39,878 nucleotides of DNA. It comes from a virus. Taxonomy: Duplodnaviria; Caudoviricetes. Below are positions 8,344 through 16,175 of this stretch, piece by piece. Numbering within the stretch: position 1 is the stretch's first letter; each line of letters begins with the position of its first letter. The notes below the pieces were generated by a model. That model worked only from the letters and a program-made list of their open reading frames with translations, did not search any database and was not told the origin of the DNA. The DNA lies in IMG/VR virus record IMGVR_UViG_3300006046_000013, positions 1-39,878 of that record. The stretch is one strand, 5' to 3'. The translations under genes were made by a program, and so were the position numbers.

Positions 8344-9296
8344 ACGACTCGGAGCGCGGCCCGAGCGTTTTCCCGGCCCTCGTCGGTGTAGGCGCACTGC
8401 TGCCGGTAGTTCTCGTCACGGGCGATGAGCACGAGCCGGCCGAGGTATTCGTGGGTGCGCGCGAGAAGGTGCTCAGCTTCCGCGACCCACTCGGGGTCGA
8501 CGGTGCGGGCGTCGGTGACGTGCCAGGCGAAGACGTTGGCGAAGTCCTCCTCGGCGAAGGCCTCGGCGAACAGGGTGACGGCACTGAGCACGCGTGAGCG
8601 TTTCCATGCCGGTACCTGTTTGGCCGGCGGCGGGGCCGGTTGGTCGACGTCGCGCCACGGTCGGCGCTCGAGATCGGCCGGTGCCTTGGTCTCGAACTGT
8701 CGCCCGCGCGGCACCTTGCGGGCCGTGAGGTCATTGGAGATGGCGCTTTTGGCGATGTCGAGGGCCTGGGCGATGGCCTCGACGGTGTGGCCCTCGGTGC
8801 GGAGCTGCACGACGAGGTCGCGGCGGCGCTCGACCTCATGTTGACGTGGTTTCGTCGCCAACCGTCGTTTGCCGTCGTGCCCGGTCACTTGTTCTACTGC
8901 GGCGTTTGCCGCAGTAGAACCAAGAACGCGTCGCACTGACCTCTCGTTGATGTCGAGCTTGGTGGCGATGGCTCGAGCCGCCATGCCGGCGGCGTGGAGC
9001 TCGGCGATAGTGGCGTCGCGGGCCTCACGGCATAAAGGGCGATGTCGCTCGTTGAGCGTGACGGCGACCATGAGCTTGGTGTGGGCGTCGACGGCCTCCA
9101 AGGCAATAACGACGGGGCACTCGAGGCCGTTCGCTTGGGTGATTTCGTAGCGGAGGTGGCCATCGAGGAGCTCGCCGTCGGGGGCCCGCACGATGGGCGT
9201 GTGCACACCGTGGGCGAGGATGTCGGCCTCGAGGGCGGCGTAGGTTTCGTCGTCGGGACGTTCGTAGAGCTCCGCGGGGCGGGGTGTTATTCCCAT
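8340..9296 (-). CDS. ParB/Srx-like N-terminal domain protein with two HTH motifs
   Basis: L..DI..HGV..PIV...LLDGHLR...N..HR ParB pattern; GMAARAIATKLDINERSVRR and GHTVEAIAQALDIAKSAISNDL HTHs; VTGxDGK motif. Confidence 0.8.
   Translation of the reverse strand: MGITPRPAELYERPDDETYAALEADILAHGVHTPIVRAPDGELLDGHLRYEITQANGLECPVVIALEAVDAHTKLMVAVTLNERHRPLCREARDATIAELHAAGMAARAIATKLDINERSVRRVLGSTAANAAVEQVTGHDGKRRLATKPRQHEVERRRDLVVQLRTEGHTVEAIAQALDIAKSAISNDLTARKVPRGRQFETKAPADLERRPWRDVDQPAPPPAKQVPAWKRSRVLSAVTLFAEAFAEEDFANVFAWHVTDARTVDPEWVAEAEHLLARTHEYLGRLVLIARDENYRQQCAYTDEGRENARAALRVV
8891..8920. repeat. perfect intragenic palindrome GTTCTACTGCGGC-GTTT-GCCGCAGTAGAAC
   Basis: 13-bp arms with a 4-bp centre; encodes GSTAANAAVE directly after the first HTH. 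Confidence 0.92.
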
Positions 9297-10135
9297 GTGA
9301 GCCTCCGGCCGGTTTTCTGGACGTGGTTGTAGGCGGTGACGATGGAACCGGCGATGGAAGTGGTGACGGACGGCCCGGCGGTGAGGGCGTCGTTGATCCA
9401 CCGCATGGCGGCGCGCGATTGCAACGTGGTCACGAGCCGGCGCCGGTCGATGTCGGGGAAGCGCATGACGCCGTCGGCGATAGCGGTGAGGAGCCGGTTG
9501 TCGAAACGGCTCACCTTGGACGTGTCATCGTAGGAAGGCCAGGCGGCGACGATGACGGTGAGCACCTTGTCGAGCACCTCGGCGCCCTGTTCGGGCGTAT
9601 GGCGCCGGGCGTGGATCGTGCCGCGCACGGCGGCGACAGCGGCGATGGTGGTGCTCGACTGTCCGCGCCCGAGCCGAAGGCCATGGTTGTGGATGACTTT
9701 CTCGGCGAGTATCTCGTGGGCATCGCCACGCTCGCGGCGAAGGCTCCATTGGGCGAGCGCGTCGTGAGGTCGGCGCCCGGTCGAGATGCGCAGGGCGATA
9801 TCGGCCTCGGGGGCCTCACCTAGGCACTCGGCCGGAAGCACCAGGCACCAGCATTTGGCTCGCGGCGATCGCTTGCGCAGGGCGGCGACACGGGTTTGGC
9901 CCTCGTCGACACGGAAACGGCCGTCGCCGAGGGGCACAACCGTCGGGGCCTCGAATAGGAGCCAGTCGAACTCGTGGGCGATGCGTTCGATGCGCTCGAG
10001 GTTGAGGGTGCGTTGTATCTCGGAGTCGATGACGAGCTTGTCGACCGAGATGGCGAGCATTTTGCGAGGGTCGGGCCCGAGCGGCTCGGGCTCGGAATCA
10101 TCGGGGAGCTCGGGCGCCGCGCTGGTGTTGCTCAT
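9287..10135 (-). CDS. ParB/Srx-superfamily protein (DUF6551/DGQHR-like)
   Basis: L.ID..IQR.L...IA.EFDW..F....V...G.F.VDEGQTR; ATG at 10135 in an ATGA overlap. Confidence 0.7.
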   Translation of the reverse strand: MSNTSAAPELPDDSEPEPLGPDPRKMLAISVDKLVIDSEIQRTLNLERIERIAHEFDWLLFEAPTVVPLGDGRFRVDEGQTRVAALRKRSPRAKCWCLVLPAECLGEAPEADIALRISTGRRPHDALAQWSLRRERGDAHEILAEKVIHNHGLRLGRGQSSTTIAAVAAVRGTIHARRHTPEQGAEVLDKVLTVIVAAWPSYDDTSKVSRFDNRLLTAIADGVMRFPDIDRRRLVTTLQSRAAMRWINDALTAGPSVTTSIAGSIVTAYNHVQKTGRRLTWE

Positions 10136-10302
10136 TTCACGACCTCGAGCGGTTTGATGCCGAGGTGCTCTCTGGTGGCGTCGTAGACGGCGTCGTAGAC
10201 GGCCGAGTGGATGATGTCGACGAGGTCGAGGGCGACGAGGGCGTCGCGCCAGGCGGTGCGGATGGCGTCGCGTACGAGGGCGGTGTCGACGTCGTTGCTC
10301 AT
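10132..10302 (-). CDS. hypothetical protein (56 aa, not in ORF track)
   Basis: MSNDVDTALVRDAIRTAW...LEVVK; ATGA overlaps at both ends. Confidence 0.7.
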   Translation of the reverse strand: MSNDVDTALVRDAIRTAWRDALVALDLVDIIHSAVYDAVYDATREHLGIKPLEVVK

Positions 10303-10832
10303 CGCCGGCCCCGGTCGGCGTGGTTGAACTTGTAGGTCTCGCCGTTGGGGAAGGTGAACTCACCCTCGAAGCGCTTGAGGGTCTTGGCTCCCCGGCGTTC
10401 GATCTCGACGAGCACGACACGGGCCTTGGTGCCGACGTCGGGGGCCTGCTCGACGAAGGTGCGCAGCAGCATGGTTTGCCCGATGGTGACCTTGCGACCG
10501 TCGTCGAGCTCGGCCTCGACGGCGGTGCGGCCGTCGAAGTCCTGCTTGGTGAGTTTGGCGATGATGCCCTCGAAGCCGTCGCCGACGTCGTCGAAGCGGA
10601 TGTAATCGGTGCCGGGCGGGTCGATGTCGTCCCAAAAGCCCATGCGGGTCTCCTTGGTTTTGTTGATGGTGGTGAGGCATTGCGGACAGTCGGCCGGCGT
10701 GGTGTCGTCGGCGATGCGGAGGTCGAAGAACGGGCCCTCGGGGATGCCGCATCGGCCGTAGAAGGTGCCGGTGCGCTCGTAGCGGTCGCCGTCGAGGAGA
10801 TGCACGAGCGGGCTCTTGATGCGGCCGGTCAT
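10299..10832 (-). CDS. putative ssDNA-binding (OB-fold) protein with a Cys-containing N-terminal extension; second start at 10643
   Basis: MGFWDD...YIRFDDVGD.FEG.I beta-rich domain following the exonuclease; AAGGAG RBS before the internal ATG at 10643. Confidence 0.55.
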   Translation of the reverse strand: MTGRIKSPLVHLLDGDRYERTGTFYGRCGIPEGPFFDLRIADDTTPADCPQCLTTINKTKETRMGFWDDIDPPGTDYIRFDDVGDGFEGIIAKLTKQDFDGRTAVEAELDDGRKVTIGQTMLLRTFVEQAPDVGTKARVVLVEIERRGAKTLKRFEGEFTFPNGETYKFNHADRGRR

Positions 10833-11797
10833 GAGGTAGCTCGACCGTTGGTGGCCACGGCGACCGTGAGGGGACCGTCGAGGCTGGGGTGGAACAGGTC
10901 GCCGCGCCGTTGCCAGTCGCGAGCCGAGCGGGCCAGGTTGCCGGCGGCGCGCCCTTGGGCCACGTCGACGTAGAACAGGTGGGCGACGGCCTCGCCGTTT
11001 TGGAGGGCGCCGGCGACGTCGAGGTGCAGGAGGAGGCCATGGCGGGCCGAGACCTCGAAGGGCCAGACGTCGCGGTGCTCAAGCCACGGCACCTCGTCGA
11101 CGACATAGGGCACGGAGCCGGCGTAGCTGGCGATCTGGATGCAGTAGGTGTGCCAGTAGCGGGGTAGGCCGTCGCCGTTGAGGCGGAGCTGGCCGGTTTT
11201 GACGTCGAGGATGCACACGGTGCCGGCGGGGACGGTGACGCGGCCGAAGTGGAGGTCGCGCCCGAGGCGCACGATGCGGTCGAGGGTGCCGGCGAGGCGC
11301 CAGCGATCGTCGACGACGGTGGCTTCGACGGCGAGCACCTCGAGGGCGGCGCGCGTCCGCATGCGGTCCCAGGCGGCGACGAGGGCGTCGGCGGCCGCGG
11401 CGGTGATGCCGAACTCCTCAGCCGCGATGAGGGTGAGGGCCGACGGTTCGGCCCGGTCGATTTCGGCGGTGATCTCGTGGACGGCGGTGCCCCGGCGGGC
11501 GGCGAGGAAGGCGCCGGCGGCGTCCTTGGCCGAGGTAACGAATGAGTCGAGGGTGACGCGGTCGGTCTCGTCGTCGGGGTCGAGGTTGGCGGCATCGGCG
11601 AGGTTGGCGATGCGGGTCGCGCCGAGGAGGACCATGCGCTCGCTCCACATCTTGAGGCCGACGGCGTCTTCGATCTGATGGCCGAACGACGAGGGCCGGC
11701 CGTAGGGCTCACGGGCCGGGTAGCCGCGTTGGGTGACGCGGTGGAGGGAGTTGACGTAGGGCGCGCCGGTCCGCGGGTGGCGTTGAAAGTCACTCAC
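10829..11797 (-). CDS. RecE/Cas4-like PD-(D/E)XK exonuclease
   Basis: AARRGTAVH...VE..VV....AGTLDRI...ILDVKTG...QIASYA; GTG at 11797. Confidence 0.85.
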   Translation of the reverse strand: MSDFQRHPRTGAPYVNSLHRVTQRGYPAREPYGRPSSFGHQIEDAVGLKMWSERMVLLGATRIANLADAANLDPDDETDRVTLDSFVTSAKDAAGAFLAARRGTAVHEITAEIDRAEPSALTLIAAEEFGITAAAADALVAAWDRMRTRAALEVLAVEATVVDDRWRLAGTLDRIVRLGRDLHFGRVTVPAGTVCILDVKTGQLRLNGDGLPRYWHTYCIQIASYAGSVPYVVDEVPWLEHRDVWPFEVSARHGLLLHLDVAGALQNGEAVAHLFYVDVAQGRAAGNLARSARDWQRRGDLFHPSLDGPLTVAVATNGRATS

Positions 11798-12096
11798 AGA
11801 ACGGCGCCGACGTTGACGACCTCGGCACCGCAAAAGTGCCGGGCGGTGGACCCGGCCTCGAAGTCGTCGTCGTACCACACGGCGTCGCCCGGCGTGGGTG
11901 TCCACACGTCGAAGCCGTCGCGGTCGTGACCGGCGTAGTACCAATCGTCGCCGTCGAAGTCGGCGGGACGGCCGGCCCGGATGACGTAGCGCTCGCCGTC
12001 GAGGGCGGGGAGCACGCCGGTGACACAGGCGCAGCGGGGCACGACCGGCGCGGGCTCGGGGAGCTCGAACAGGCGGAGTTGTTCGAGCTCGCTCAC
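11794..12096 (-). CDS. hypothetical protein
   Basis: VSELEQLRLFELPEP...; GTGA overlaps at both ends. Confidence 0.65.
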   Translation of the reverse strand: MSELEQLRLFELPEPAPVVPRCACVTGVLPALDGERYVIRAGRPADFDGDDWYYAGHDRDGFDVWTPTPGDAVWYDDDFEAGSTARHFCGAEVVNVGAVL

Positions 12097-12320
12097 GACG
12101 CCGCGGTCTCGGTCTTGGCCGCGTCGAGCTCGGCGGCGGCCTCGGCCGCGGCGGCGGCCTGCTCCCGCTCGACGTAGGCATCCCACTCGGAGCGGGCCAC
12201 GTACCACTTCTTGCCGACCTTGAAGCCGGCGAGCTTGCCGGCCCGGATAAGGCCGTAGACCTGCCAGTAGGTGAGGCCCGTGGCGGTGCCAAGAGCCTCG
12301 ATGGTCTCGATGTCTTCCAC
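12093..12320 (-). CDS. xis: excisionase/Cro-like HTH protein
   Basis: TYWQVYGLIRAGKLAGFKVGKKWYVARSE (HTH_17/MerR-like pattern); first gene of the leftward operon. Confidence 0.75.
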   Translation of the reverse strand: MEDIETIEALGTATGLTYWQVYGLIRAGKLAGFKVGKKWYVARSEWDAYVEREQAAAAAEAAAELDAAKTETAAS

Positions 12321-12495
12321 GATGGCCTCCCATGGTGGAACGGGGCGGGCCGTTCCTTTGGCGGTGGCTGGGCCATCTTGGTACTCGTTGGCGAACGCGT
12401 CTAGAGGACGACGTTGTGGACAAGCTGTGGCGAATGGTGTGACGACGCCGGCGTTTTGGTGTATCTAGTAGGACATTGGAGAAGCGAGGCGGAAC

Positions 12496-12524
12496 TTGTC
12501 AGACGTGGTCACGAGGTAGACAAT
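12496..12524 (+). promoter_or_regulatory. candidate repressor promoter
   Basis: TTGTCA-N17-GACAAT; if real, the repressor starts downstream of 12523. Confidence 0.4.
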
Positions 12525-13080
12525 GGCGTTGACCGATGGAAGCGCAGAATCGTCGATGCCCCAGAAGGGCCCGGCGGGTGAGGCGGGAGGAGCACAAAGC
12601 AATGGCGCGCGCCCCAGGCAAGTGATGGGAGCGGCCGAGCTGGCCGCCGCGGTACAGGCGAGCCCGGGCCGGACGTGGACGCAGAGCGAGCTGTCGCGAC
12701 GAACGGGTCTGTCCACGCGCACGCTGCGGATGCTGTTCGACCCGGCGAGCGAGCGCCACGTCAATCGGGCCACGGTGGCCAAACTGGACGAACCGTTGGG
12801 CTGGCCCCCGGGTACGGCGTGGCGCGTCTACGCCAAGGGGCGCACGGTGGCCGTCGGCGAAGTTGTGGGCGACGTCGACGTGGCGCCGGCGCTGGAGCAC
12901 GGGGCCGTGCCCCGGGAGCGGGCGGCCGAGCACATCGACTATCTCGAGGCCCGACTCAACTCGCTCGAGGATCAACCGCCGTGGCTGGCGGAATGGGTCG
13001 GCGCATTGCGGCGACTGTCGCCCGAAGTCCGGGCCACTGCGCTGGCCCTCGTGCTCCGCCTAGCCGACTCCTCCGGCTGA
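12523..13080 (+). CDS. XRE-family immunity repressor
   Basis: WTQSELSRRTGLSTRTLRML...TVAKLDEPLGWPPG; divergent from xis and adjacent to int. Confidence 0.8.
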   Translation: MALTDGSAESSMPQKGPAGEAGGAQSNGARPRQVMGAAELAAAVQASPGRTWTQSELSRRTGLSTRTLRMLFDPASERHVNRATVAKLDEPLGWPPGTAWRVYAKGRTVAVGEVVGDVDVAPALEHGAVPRERAAEHIDYLEARLNSLEDQPPWLAEWVGALRRLSPEVRATALALVLRLADSSG

Positions 13081-13243
13081 CGAGGTCGGCCCAAGCGTCG
13101 AGGGTGTCGTCGGCGTAGTCGTCGCCACCCTCGGCGCGCAACACGGCGAAGAAGTTGACGGCGAGCTCGGTAACGAAGGCGAACTGGTCGAAGTCGTCAA
13201 CGTCGTGGCCGAAGCCGAAGTCGGGATCGTACTGGCGGGCCAT
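12956..13243 (-). CDS. acidic hypothetical protein overlapping the repressor 3' end
   Basis: GGGGAG RBS before ATG 13243; natural-looking composition over the first ~55 aa. Confidence 0.5.
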   Translation of the reverse strand: MARQYDPDFGFGHDVDDFDQFAFVTELAVNFFAVLRAEGGDDYADDTLDAWADLVSRRSRLGGARGPAQWPGLRATVAAMRRPIPPATAVDPRAS

Positions 13244-13323
13244 GGCTCAAAGCTCCCCCGGAGTGATGAGGCGGTCACCCTACAGCGCATCCCGGGGCCC
13301 TCTCGTTGGGCCCGTTTCGCTCG

Positions 13324-14280
13324 TCAGGGCCGGCGCCGGTCGGTGACGTCCCAAAAACGCTCAAGGGCGGCTTCGGCCTCGTCGTCGGCGAGATAGCGCC
13401 GGGGCATGCGGTGGTCGGACCAGCCGCCCACGACCTCGAGGGAGAGCACGTCGCCGCCGCGGCGCAGGTAGTTGGAGGTGAAGCCGCGCCGGAGTTGGTG
13501 GGCGCTCACGGGGACACCGGCGGCGGCGGCGGCCCGGTAGATGACGTCTTGGACGGCGCGGGTTTGGAGGCGCCGGTCACGAGCCCGGGTGTGGCGCTCC
13601 CGGCCCACGAACAGGGGGCCGGGCTGGCGGCCCCGGAGCTTGAGGTAGCGGTGAAGGTAGCGGGCCGTTTCGGCCTCGAGGGGGATGAGGCGGGGCTCTT
13701 TGGCCTTGGTGGCGTCGGGCCACAACTTGATGACGATGCGACCGTCGGGTCGTTCGACGACGTCGTCGAGGTCGATGCCGGGAAGCTCACCGACGCGACA
13801 GCCGGAACGGAACATGAGGCTCACCATGGCCAGGTTGCGGCGGGCCCGTTCGGCCTCGCCCCCGCCCCGGCGGAGGCGGGCCGTGGCCGCGATGTGGGCG
13901 ATGAGGCGGTCGACCTCGTCGTCACGGGCCCGGCGGGTGGTGGGCTTGGCCGACACCTTGGGCGGGCGCACGGTGACCATGGGGTCGGCGTCGAGGAGGC
14001 CGGCGCCGTGGGGGGCCGGGGTGGCGGCCCAGCGGTAGAAGGCCACGACGACCTGCCACTCCTTCTTGCGGGTGGACGGGGCCTTGCCGGCGGCCTCGCG
14101 CCCCGCCAGGTAGGCCCGGAGGTCTTTGCGGTCGGCGTCGAGCACCTTGACGCCCCGGGCCGTGAGCCAGACGTGCCAACGGGTCAAGACGTTGTGGGCC
14201 ACGACGAGGGTGGAGCGTTGCCAGCCGACCTCGTCGAGGAAGTCGTCGAGGTCGGGGTCGGTGAGGGCGGTTGCCGCCAT
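13324..14280 (-). CDS. int: tyrosine integrase (short, Xer-like architecture)
   Basis: GCRVGE (R), TKAK (K), HQLRR (HxxR), GGWSD (H/W), RRY (Y); beside a tRNA-derived att core. Confidence 0.93.
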   Translation of the reverse strand: MAATALTDPDLDDFLDEVGWQRSTLVVAHNVLTRWHVWLTARGVKVLDADRKDLRAYLAGREAAGKAPSTRKKEWQVVVAFYRWAATPAPHGAGLLDADPMVTVRPPKVSAKPTTRRARDDEVDRLIAHIAATARLRRGGGEAERARRNLAMVSLMFRSGCRVGELPGIDLDDVVERPDGRIVIKLWPDATKAKEPRLIPLEAETARYLHRYLKLRGRQPGPLFVGRERHTRARDRRLQTRAVQDVIYRAAAAAGVPVSAHQLRRGFTSNYLRRGGDVLSLEVVGGWSDHRMPRRYLADDEAEAALERFWDVTDRRRP

Positions 14281-14294
14281 GGGAGAGCCTCTCA

Positions 14295-14348
14295 GGGTTA
14301 TGGTCGCGGCCCGTTTTTGGCCTTGGGTTATGGTCGCGACCCCGTTTT
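14295..14348. repeat. direct repeat GGGTTATGGTCGCG(...CCCGTTTT) x2, candidate att arm or accessory sites
   Basis: Identical 14-mers at 14295-14308 and 14325-14338, each followed by CCCGTTTT. Confidence 0.8.
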
Positions 14349-14405
14349 AGCAGGCGTCGCGGTGGCCCATCTCCGACACGTTCTCCCAGGTCAGACCCTA
14401 TTTTT

Positions 14406-14451
14406 GAGCGGACGACGGGATTCGAACCCGCGACCCTCACCTTGGCAAGGT
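14406..14451 (-). other. attP: attP common core = 3' half of tRNA-Gly(GCC)
   Basis: Minus strand ACC-TTGCCAA-GGT-GAGGGTC-GCGGG-TTCGAAT-CCCGT-CGTCCGC-TC gives anticodon loop, T-arm and acceptor 3' strand; the 5' half is absent. Confidence 0.9.
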
Positions 14452-14585
14452 CAAGTTGGGCTTTCTCGCGCCATTGCTTGGACCAACTAGGCATAGCACG
14501 GTAGTCGTTGATGTATGTTGGTGCAAGTTGGAGCACGTAGCTCTCGTAAGGTTATTGGCGCGGCGTCTCACGAGGAGGTAGCAAC

Positions 14586-14624
14586 ATGCCGACGGATACC
14601 GTCGAGCTCGAGGTGAGCCGATGA
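14586..14624 (+). CDS. 12-aa leader ORF MPTDTVELEVSR
   Basis: GAGGAGGT RBS; stop overlaps the ATG of 14621 (ATGA). Confidence 0.4.
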   Translation: MPTDTVELEVSR

Positions 14625-14923
14625 CCGACTACACGCGCTGCGGCACCTACGGGCACGCATGGTTCGAGGCCGACTCGGATTGGCGCACCGAGGTCGGCGT
14701 ACCGCTCACGTTGCGGTGCGAGCGATGCATGACCGAGCGGCGCGACGCCGTCTCGCGCTCCACGGGCGAGCTCGTGTCGCGCCACTACGTCTACCCGGAG
14801 GGCTACCGCTACTCGGCGGGCACACGACCGAGCCGCGACGGATTCCGGCTCGCCCTCCTCGCCCTGCGCACACAAGAAGCCGGGCGCCGACGGCGCACCT
14901 CGAGCGCACGGAAGGCGTCGTAA
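14621..14923 (+). CDS. Zn-binding hypothetical protein
   Basis: CxxxGHxW...LRCERC motif. Confidence 0.75.
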   Translation: MTDYTRCGTYGHAWFEADSDWRTEVGVPLTLRCERCMTERRDAVSRSTGELVSRHYVYPEGYRYSAGTRPSRDGFRLALLALRTQEAGRRRRTSSARKAS

Positions 14924-15348
14924 TGGCGGCGTTCACGGTCGGCGACGACGGATTTTTCCATTGCCCCGAGGCAGGGTGCAAGGCGGCCTACAAGTTGCCT
15001 CAGCACCTCGGCCTCCACCTGAGCCACACGCACGGGCGCGAGGGCCAGTCGAAGGCGGCCAAGGCACGGCAAGTGGCCAAGGCGCGCTCGATCTCGAAGG
15101 CCTTGCCACCGGCGTTGCCGATGAAGCGGGCGAGCTCGATACTGCCGGTGCCGGTGAAGCGGGCGAGCCCGATGGGCTCGAGCACCAACGGCCGGGCACC
15201 GCTCGAGGCTAAGGCCGACGACATTTGCCTCGCCCTCCTCGGTGAGCTCGCCCCCAGCGGCTACGTGCGGCTCGGAGCCATCGGCCCCTATGTGGAGTGG
15301 GTGAAGGCCACCGAGACGTTCCTCGAGAAGGTGAGGGCGCTGTCATGA
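14923..15348 (+). CDS. C2H2 zinc-finger protein
   Basis: FHCPEAGCKAAYKLPQHLGLHLSHTH = C-x4-C-x3-Y-x5-L-x2-H-x4-H; TAATG coupling. Confidence 0.75.
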   Translation: MAAFTVGDDGFFHCPEAGCKAAYKLPQHLGLHLSHTHGREGQSKAAKARQVAKARSISKALPPALPMKRASSILPVPVKRASPMGSSTNGRAPLEAKADDICLALLGELAPSGYVRLGAIGPYVEWVKATETFLEKVRALS

Positions 15349-15542
15349 CCAGCTACGGGGGTGGCGAGCCGACCGATGAGGAGCTCGAGGCCATGCGCAA
15401 GCGCGAGGCCCTGCGCACGCTCAAAGACGACTACATACCGTGCCCGTACTGCCAGGGGCCCTCGGGCCTCGAGCTCCTCCACGCCGGGTCCACGCTCGAG
15501 CACTGGTGCCCCGATTGCGACGCCATGGTGCCGTTCGGCTAG
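15345..15542 (+). CDS. Zn-ribbon protein
   Basis: CPYC...CPDC; ATGA coupling. Confidence 0.7.
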   Translation: MTSYGGGEPTDEELEAMRKREALRTLKDDYIPCPYCQGPSGLELLHAGSTLEHWCPDCDAMVPFG

Positions 15543-15724
15543 TGAGCACGGTGATTGCCCTCCTCGACCTGCGCACGCGCGTCTTGCACGCGGCCGGCGC
15601 CCGGCATGCCACGGCGCGCTGCGGGGTGGTGATGGGCGATCCATGGACGGCCGGGCGCGCCGACGTCCTCGCCGGCCGGGCGGCCGAGTTGTGCCCCGGA
15701 TGTTGGCCGGAGTGGGCACCGTGA
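15542..15724 (+). CDS. small Cys/His hypothetical protein
   Basis: VLH...ARCG...CPGC; TAGTG coupling. Confidence 0.6.
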   Translation: MSTVIALLDLRTRVLHAAGARHATARCGVVMGDPWTAGRADVLAGRAAELCPGCWPEWAP

Positions 15725-15894
15725 AGCTCACCCGCGCCGACCTCGAGCGGCTCGCCCACGAGATGCATGACACGGCCGCCGGCGTCAAGACGATCGCCGA
15801 CGCCCTCGAAGAGACCGGCACGGCCTCGGTCTGGTACCCGGACCACTCGCTCACAGTGCGGCTCGCCGTCCTCCTCGACGTCGTGAAGGCCTAG
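15721..15894 (+). CDS. hypothetical protein
   Basis: VKLTRADLERLAHEMH...; GTGA coupling. Confidence 0.6.
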   Translation: MKLTRADLERLAHEMHDTAAGVKTIADALEETGTASVWYPDHSLTVRLAVLLDVVKA

Positions 15895-15923
15895 GAAGGC
15901 GCAGGAGGGCCGAGAATGACGGG

Positions 15924-16091
15924 GTGCGGGACTTGGGCGCCGTCGTCGTTGTCGTCGCCCTGGGCGTAATCCTGGGGCTTCTCCTCCCCCGTTGTGACCT
16001 CGACGTCGAGGGCCCACCACCGACCTCGGCCCCAACCACCGACCTCGTGCACCTCACGCCGGCGCGAAACGGGGCCCTACGTTCGCCGTAG
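15924..16091 (+). CDS. small membrane protein (55 aa, not in ORF track)
   Basis: VRDLGAVVVVVALGVILGLLLPRC...; AGGAGG upstream. Confidence 0.45.
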   Translation: MRDLGAVVVVVALGVILGLLLPRCDLDVEGPPPTSAPTTDLVHLTPARNGALRSP

Positions 16092-16155
16092 AGCCTCGAT
16101 CGCGGAAGGGCCTGGATGATGGTGGCCGGCGTCGACCTCGGGCGTTTGCGTTGTC

Positions 16156-16175
16156 GGTCATGACCGTGAACCGTC
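16156..16175. repeat. direct repeat, left of the methyltransferase
   Basis: GGTCATGACCGTGAACCGTC, 19/20 identical to 16836-16855. Confidence 0.85.

Noticed and set aside
10829-11797. CRISPR-associated Cas4
   Set aside because: No four-Cys Fe-S pattern and no cas context; fits a phage recombination exonuclease
14406-14451. Functional tRNA-Gly gene
   Set aside because: Only the anticodon loop to acceptor 3' strand is present; no D-arm or 5' acceptor strand, so it is an att core
13922-14536. ORF spanning attP, as in integration-dependent immunity systems
   Set aside because: No HTH, reads through tRNA-derived sequence and overlaps int out of frame; a separate repressor exists at 12523
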